Positions 33,271-37,957 of a stretch of DNA of 37,957 bases are shown here, piece after piece. The position numbers were made by a program, and so were the translations under genes. The stretch spans positions 800-38,756 of the forward strand of contig PMCN01000131.1 of assembly GCA_003154135.1 (NCBI GenBank). The letters are read 5' to 3'. This DNA is from Acidimicrobiaceae bacterium (GTDB taxonomy: Bacteria > Actinomycetota > Acidimicrobiia > Acidimicrobiales > Ilumatobacteraceae). Each line of letters starts with the position of its first letter. Within the stretch, counting starts at the first letter, position 1. Under the pieces are notes generated by a model. It saw nothing but the letters and a program-made list of their open reading frames with translations. It made no database searches and was not told the DNA's origin.

Positions 33271-33313
33271 TCACGACTCACGACTCACGACTCACGACTC
33301 ACGACGTCACGAC
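33271..33313. repeat. Heptanucleotide microsatellite (TCACGAC)x5 plus a sixth copy offset by 1 nt
   Basis: Perfect copies at 33271-77, -84, -91, -98 and -305, then g, then tcacgac at 33307-13, whose tca is the GH15 stop codon. Degenerate copies flank it (33257-63, 33318-24). Confidence 0.9.
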
Positions 33314-35655
33314 ACGTGCACGACGTGGTCGCTGTCGTCCCACTCGCCGGTGGCGAGGTCGCGGCGGGTCCAGCGGACGGTGGCACCCGCGGCGACGAGC
33401 GCGGCGGGCACCACGGCCCCGTGCATGCCCAGCCCCACCGGTGTCGACGGCACGTCACTCACCTGTTGCCAGTCGGCCGCCCCCGCGTGCAGCACGAACG
33501 GGGCCGGAGCATCGACGCGCAACGTGCATGCGGGGAGGTCGATCTCGATCTCGTTCCGCAGGTGTGCCACGGTGAGCGCAGGCGGGGTGCGGTAGCGCTG
33601 GGCCACCGCGTCGAGGCGGTCGGCATGCGCGCCCGTGCGGTGCGCGGCGTGCAGCTTGATGAACTCGGAGTGCGCCCACACCAGTGGGCACGCGCTGCCG
33701 GTGGGGCGACCGGTGGCCAGTCGGCGAGGGCCGATGGGTTCCGCATCCCACACCTGTTCGGGGATGAGCCCACCGAGCGAGCGCGACGCCACCATGGCGT
33801 CGAGGTAGGGCCCGGCGTCGTCGCCGGCGTCGACGGCGTAGTGCCCCCGTTCACCTGCCAGCAGCGGCCACAACCGGCCGCTGCCCGTGCCGTCGAAGGG
33901 GGCGCCGTCGTCGTGCTCGCCGTAGCCGTCCTCCTGGTAGCGGTAGTAGTACGGGCCATCGGCCAGCTCGCGGCGCAGCACGTGGTCGACCACGGTCACC
34001 GTGTCGACGATGCGCGGGTCGTCGGCCGCTCGCAGACCGTGACGCACGAGCGCGAGGAACTCGAGGCCGACCATTTCGCCCACATCGACTTCCTCGCCGC
34101 CGCGATTGGCCACCACGATGCGGCGCTGCGGATCGTCGCCACCGGCCGGTGCGATGCGCACGTAGTGGCCGGCGGTGCCGAGTCGCGTGTCGAGCGGTGT
34201 GCGGCTGACGTAGACGAGCGACTCGAGGCGGGCGTGCCACCAGTCGGCGAGTGACGCGGCGTACTCGGCGTCGTCGCCGATGAGGCAGCCGAGGGTGCTT
34301 GCCCCGGCGAGCGCCGCCACGGTGACGGCGAGTGTGAACGGGCTCGCGCCTGCCGACTCCTCCCAGCGGTCCTCCATCGTGAACGGGGCGTTGGCTGCGA
34401 GGTAGGTGCACGCGCGGCGGATCATCGCGACGAGGAGCGGCTCGTCGATGAGCTGCAACTGGCCCAGTTCGTGCAGCTTCAACGCCAGCACCACGGGCAG
34501 GGCGGTCTCGTCGAGCTGCAACCCGCGCCAGTAGACGGCACCCTCGGGAGTGAAGTTCTGCGGCCAGTGCCCGTCGGTGCTCTGCGTCGCGGCGAGGAAG
34601 CGGATGACGCGGCGGGCGTCGTCGAACAACCCGAGTGCTGCCAGCGCGAGGCCGGTCTCGGCGCAATCGCGGGGCCAGACGAGGTGGTAGCCGCCCGGAT
34701 CGTCGTGGGCGAATCCCCACGGAGTGGCGAGGCTGGCCACGATCGCTCCAGGGAAGGTGAGGTCTTCGTGCACCTTCAGCACCATCGCGCTGGTTCGCGC
34801 GACCGCGTCGATCAGGTCGGTGCCGGCGGGCAGCGAGGCCGACTGCGCCCATTGTCGCCAGCCCTCGGTGAACGAGGCGGCCACTGCCTCGAAACCCTCC
34901 ACCAGCGATCCCTTGGCGAGGGTGACCGCGCCGCCGATGGTGGTGGCGAAACCGATGGCCAGTTCGCCCGCGGGTGCGGCGAGCGTGCCGGTGAGGGCGA
35001 CGTTGCCGTGCTCGGCGCGTGCGAACTCCCACGTCGGGGCGCCGTGCCGCTCGCAGTCCTGCCAACCGTCGGACGCGCCGACGTAGCCGGCGCTCGTGCG
35101 CGTGAAACCGTTGGCCGCGACCACCGCGAGTGCCTCCTCGCCGTGCACCGCCTGCAGCATGCCGTCGACGGCGAACGCGCTGTTGTCGTGTCCGCTGCCA
35201 CCGAGGTGCGGGGCGACCAGCACGTGCAGTTGCAGTGGGCCGAGCTCGGGGTGCGGGTTGCGCAGCGAGTGGCGAACGAGCACCGCGTCGCGGCAGGGGT
35301 CGCACACGAACTCGAGCGTGAGCTTGTAGCGCTCGTGACGATGCACCACCGTGACCAGCGGCACGGCGTCGTCCACCGTGCGCACGGTGTAGTCGGCCAC
35401 CCGCTTCACCTCGGTCCAGAACCCGTCGCCGCTCACCAGGAAGCCCAGGTCGCGCAGCTGCGGACGACCGGTGGTGGGCCAGAACACCTCGTTGAGCACG
35501 CCGCCGCCGATGGTGGCCCACACCCGGCTCGAACCCAGCGCGGTTGTCACCGCGTCCTTGTCGCCGGCCGCGAAGGTGGGGTCGATGCCGGGCTCGCCGA
35601 ACGCAACGCCGTCCGGCGGTGCGGTGTGGTCGGATGCATCGTCGGGGGCACTCAT
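33307..35655 (-). CDS. Glycoside hydrolase family 15 glucoamylase/glucodextranase-like enzyme
   Basis: ATG at 35655 inside track ORF 33307..36384; the upstream part is Arg/Ser-rich junk. N-terminal beta-sandwich region (...SSRVWATIGGGVLNEVFWPTTGRPQLRDLGFLV...), then (alpha/alpha)6 region with WPRDCAETGLAL, MEDRWEE, LIPEQVWD; 782 aa. Confidence 0.9.
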   Translation of the reverse strand: MSAPDDASDHTAPPDGVAFGEPGIDPTFAAGDKDAVTTALGSSRVWATIGGGVLNEVFWPTTGRPQLRDLGFLVSGDGFWTEVKRVADYTVRTVDDAVPLVTVVHRHERYKLTLEFVCDPCRDAVLVRHSLRNPHPELGPLQLHVLVAPHLGGSGHDNSAFAVDGMLQAVHGEEALAVVAANGFTRTSAGYVGASDGWQDCERHGAPTWEFARAEHGNVALTGTLAAPAGELAIGFATTIGGAVTLAKGSLVEGFEAVAASFTEGWRQWAQSASLPAGTDLIDAVARTSAMVLKVHEDLTFPGAIVASLATPWGFAHDDPGGYHLVWPRDCAETGLALAALGLFDDARRVIRFLAATQSTDGHWPQNFTPEGAVYWRGLQLDETALPVVLALKLHELGQLQLIDEPLLVAMIRRACTYLAANAPFTMEDRWEESAGASPFTLAVTVAALAGASTLGCLIGDDAEYAASLADWWHARLESLVYVSRTPLDTRLGTAGHYVRIAPAGGDDPQRRIVVANRGGEEVDVGEMVGLEFLALVRHGLRAADDPRIVDTVTVVDHVLRRELADGPYYYRYQEDGYGEHDDGAPFDGTGSGRLWPLLAGERGHYAVDAGDDAGPYLDAMVASRSLGGLIPEQVWDAEPIGPRRLATGRPTGSACPLVWAHSEFIKLHAAHRTGAHADRLDAVAQRYRTPPALTVAHLRNEIEIDLPACTLRVDAPAPFVLHAGAADWQQVSDVPSTPVGLGMHGAVVPAALVAAGATVRWTRRDLATGEWDDSDHVVHVS

Positions 35656-35821
35656 CGTCGCGGACCCTAGACCCACGCGACTCGGCTCGTCGCTCAGCCC
35701 ACGGCCGGTACCGGCTGTGGCGGCGGAGGTCGCTTCCACCCCCCAACGTCGACCTCGCGCATCGTCGGCCGGCTCGCCCGTCGATGAAGGAGTACCGCGA
35801 GCGCCCGCTGCGCTTCCGGCG

Positions 35822-35845
35822 GGCGTGCGGTGTACATCGCACGCC
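35822..35845. promoter_or_regulatory. Near-perfect 24-nt palindrome GGCGTGCGG-TGTACA-TCGCACGCC, 13 nt upstream of the glucokinase start
   Basis: Read directly. The 8-bp arms ggcgtgcg/cgcacgcc flank a central TGTACA, in the 202-nt divergent GH15/glucokinase intergenic region. Confidence 0.4.
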
Positions 35846-35857
35846 CTTCGCTCTAGC

Positions 35858-36643
35858 GTGCTGCGCGTGACGACGCGCCCTCCCCTCTCGCCCACCACGC
35901 TCGCCTTCGACATCGGCGGCACCGGCCTCAAGGCTTCGGTGCTCGACGGCAAGGGCCGGATGGTGCACGACCGTGTGCGCGTGCCCACCCCGTACCCCTG
36001 CCCGCCGAAGGTGCTGCTGGCCAACCTGCGCACGATGGCCAAGGGACTGCCCGAGTTCGACCGTGTCTCGGTGGCCTTCCCCGGAGTGGTGCGCCACGGC
36101 AAGGTGCTCAGCGCGCCCAACCTGGTGCGCGCCGCCGGGCCCGACAGCGACATCGATCCCGCGCTGGTGGCGTTGTGGCACGGGTTCGACCTCGGCCGCG
36201 CGGTCGAACGATCGTTCCGCACACCCACACGCGTGCTCAACGACGCCGACATGCAGGGTCTCGACACCGTGAAGGGCAAGGGCCTCGAGGTGGTCATCAC
36301 GCTCGGCACCGGTTTCGGCTCGTCGGTGTTCGAGGACGGCGTGCTCGGCCCGCACCTCGAGCTGTCGCACCACCCGTTCCGCAAGGGCGAGACCTACGAC
36401 GAGCAACTGGGCGACGTGGCCCGCAAGCGCATCGGCAGGAAGAAGTGGAACAAGCGAGTCGCCGACGCCATCGAGGCACTCGACGCGCTGCTGCTCTTCG
36501 ACCACCTCTACATCGGCGGCGGCAACACCAAGCACCTCACCATCGACCTGCCCGCGCGCGTCACGGTCATCGACCCCAACGCGGGTCTGCTGGGCGCGTT
36601 CGAGCTCTGGAAGGAACGCCCGCGCATCTCGTCGGGACGGTGA
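35858..36643 (+). CDS. ppgK: ROK-family polyphosphate/ATP glucokinase
   Basis: GTG at 35858 (alternative 35867) in track ORF 35471..36643. LAFDIGGTGLKASVLD, VLNDADMQG, ITLGTGFGSSVFEDG...LELSHHPF...LYIGGGNTKHL. Length and motifs resemble mycobacterial PpgK. Confidence 0.83.
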   Translation: MLRVTTRPPLSPTTLAFDIGGTGLKASVLDGKGRMVHDRVRVPTPYPCPPKVLLANLRTMAKGLPEFDRVSVAFPGVVRHGKVLSAPNLVRAAGPDSDIDPALVALWHGFDLGRAVERSFRTPTRVLNDADMQGLDTVKGKGLEVVITLGTGFGSSVFEDGVLGPHLELSHHPFRKGETYDEQLGDVARKRIGRKKWNKRVADAIEALDALLLFDHLYIGGGNTKHLTIDLPARVTVIDPNAGLLGAFELWKERPRISSGR

Positions 36644-36644
36644 T

Positions 36645-37436
36645 TCAGTCGGGTGCCGGCAACGGCGGCGAGACGGCAGCCATCGCGATGGCGAGGGCGT
36701 GACTGAGGTTGAGCGAGTCGACGCCGTGGTGCATGGGGATGCGCACGTCGTAGTGCGCGCGGTTGCGCGCCCCGTCGGTGAGCCCGGGTCCCTCTGCGCC
36801 GGCGAGCAACGCGACCTTCTCCGGCATGCTCATCGTGAACAGGCTCTGCGCGTCGGCCGTTGGTGTGAGCGCCCACAGCTGGAAGCCCGATCGGGCGAGG
36901 GTGTCGAGACCTTCTGGCCACAGCCCGCTGCGTGCGATGGGGAGGTGCAGGATCTCGCCCATCGAGACACGCACGCATCGCCGGTAGTACGGGTCGGCGC
37001 ACGTGGGATCGAGCACCATGCCGTCGAAGCCGAGGGCCCGGGCGCAGCGAGCGATGGCGCCGATGTTCTCGTGGTCGTTGCTCCCCTCGAGCACCACCAG
37101 TCGTCTCGAGCTCACTGCTACGTCGAGCAGGCTCGGCCATCGTGGCCGGTCGGCCGAGGCCAGCACCCCCCGGTGCACGTCGTAGCCGGTGATGCCTTCG
37201 AGCACGTCTCGCTCGGCCACGTAGACGGGTGCATCGTGGCCGGCCACGGTGGGCTCCATGCGCTCGTAGGCCTTGGGTGTGAACAGGAACGAGCGCACCG
37301 TGAGCGGTGAGGTGACCAGGCGCTCGACCACGACGGGGGTCTCGGCGATCAGGAACTCGTCGCTCTCCTTGCGGTCGCGCAGGCCCACGTAGTCGGCGAT
37401 GCGCGGGTCGTCGGCGGCGTCGATCCGGATGGGCAC
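36645..37436 (-). CDS. TrmH/SpoU-family RNA 2'-O-methyltransferase
   Basis: Track ORF 36645..37436 (GTG start). LVVLEGSNDHENIGAIARCARALGFDGMVL, ALLAGAEGPGLTD, IPMHHGVDSLNLSHALAIAM. Confidence 0.9.
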   Translation of the reverse strand: MPIRIDAADDPRIADYVGLRDRKESDEFLIAETPVVVERLVTSPLTVRSFLFTPKAYERMEPTVAGHDAPVYVAERDVLEGITGYDVHRGVLASADRPRWPSLLDVAVSSRRLVVLEGSNDHENIGAIARCARALGFDGMVLDPTCADPYYRRCVRVSMGEILHLPIARSGLWPEGLDTLARSGFQLWALTPTADAQSLFTMSMPEKVALLAGAEGPGLTDGARNRAHYDVRIPMHHGVDSLNLSHALAIAMAAVSPPLPAPD

Positions 37437-37508
37437 GCAGCGACTCTACGGGTCGGGGCGGGCTGCAAGTGTTGCGAACGTGTGTTCGCCGCGCGATGAT
37501 GGCTCGCC

Positions 37509-37957
37509 ATGACCTCAATCACCGAAGCCGACCTCATCTGGCAGCAGTGCCTGTTCGCGTTCGACGAGCCGCGGGTCGATCCATCCTTCGACGGCATCAC
37601 CCGCACCTGGCTCGATGCCGAGTCGTGGGTCGACCACCTGCCGCGCTGGCTGGCCGGAGCCGACCTCGTGTTCGCCGAACTGGTGGCCAAGCTGCCGTGG
37701 AGCCAGCGCGAGGTGGTGATGTTCGACCGCCTGCTGCCCGAGCCGCGCCTCACCGCGTGGTGGAGCACTGCCGGCGACGAGCCCGAGCCACTCCCCGTGC
37801 TCACCGAGGCGCGCGATGCGCTGCGCGTGCGCTACGACCGTCCGTTCGACTCGATCGGCTTCAACCTCTACCGCGACGGCCGCGACTCGGTGGCCTGGCA
37901 CTCCGACCGCGAGCGCTTCCACCTCGAGAACCCGGTGGTGGTCATCGTCAGCACCGG
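37509..37957 (+). CDS. AlkB-like Fe(II)/2-oxoglutarate dioxygenase, 3'-truncated by the window edge (absent from the ORF track)
   Basis: My own translation from ATG 37509: MTSITEADLIWQQCLFAFDEPRVDPSFDGITRTWLDAESWVDHLPRWL...QREVVMFDRLLPEPRLTAWW...FNLYRDGRDSVAWHSDRERFHLENPVVVIVSTG. NLYRDGxDSVxWHSD is the AlkB HxD region. The frame is open to base 37957. Confidence 0.8.
   Translation, partial: MTSITEADLIWQQCLFAFDEPRVDPSFDGITRTWLDAESWVDHLPRWLAGADLVFAELVAKLPWSQREVVMFDRLLPEPRLTAWWSTAGDEPEPLPVLTEARDALRVRYDRPFDSIGFNLYRDGRDSVAWHSDRERFHLENPVVVIVST

Noticed and set aside
33851-36535. 894-aa minus-strand ORF and 399-aa plus-strand ORF (34471..35670) overlapping the GH15 gene
   Set aside because: Their composition is extremely Arg/Gly/Ala/Pro-rich. 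They are alternative frames of the GH15 and ppgK coding DNA.

Overview
Very GC-rich chromosomal DNA with strong G/C bias at codon position 3, which produces many long spurious antisense ORFs in the track. Gene content and synteny point to Actinomycetota; a finer taxonomic call is not possible by eye. The window opens inside gyrA and continues with the origin-proximal block: gyrA, a DUF3566 membrane protein, then tRNA-Ile. I support about 37 protein genes, 2 tRNAs (Ile-GAU, Ala-UGC), several hairpins or operator-like repeats, and two unusual tandem repeats. I found no rRNA, CRISPR array, transposase, integrase or phage genes. Main blocks:
- (i) gyrA, an orphan TadE-like ORF, DUF3566, tRNA-Ile.
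- (ii) Housekeeping or accessory enzymes: VOC, two alpha/beta hydrolases, a molybdopterin oxidoreductase, three luciferase-like (LLM/F420-type) oxidoreductases.
- (iii) A split soluble MgtE-N/CBS protein translationally coupled to a DUF1003 membrane protein.
- (iv) A LiaFSR-like envelope-stress module in which both the LiaF-like protein and the histidine kinase carry PspC domains.
- (v) A minus-strand operon (about 17.07-22.92 kb) encoding a 4-Cys lipoprotein, a HlyD-like adaptor with two peptidoglycan-binding domains, a MacB-type ATPase and FtsX permease, and a second peptidoglycan-binding adaptor carrying a roughly 155-aa Thr/Ser/Gly insertion. This is the best candidate for an under-described system.
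- (vi) A D-aminoacylase / hydrolase / Zn-ribbon microprotein / PotABCD-type ABC importer / LLM monooxygenase cluster.
- (vii) tRNA-Ala followed 33 nt later by a PLP decarboxylase.
- (viii) A divergent GH15 glucoamylase and polyphosphate-glucokinase pair, then a TrmH methyltransferase.
- (ix) A 3'-truncated AlkB-like dioxygenase that is missing from the ORF track.
All family names are my recognition of motifs in the translations. No database search was run.
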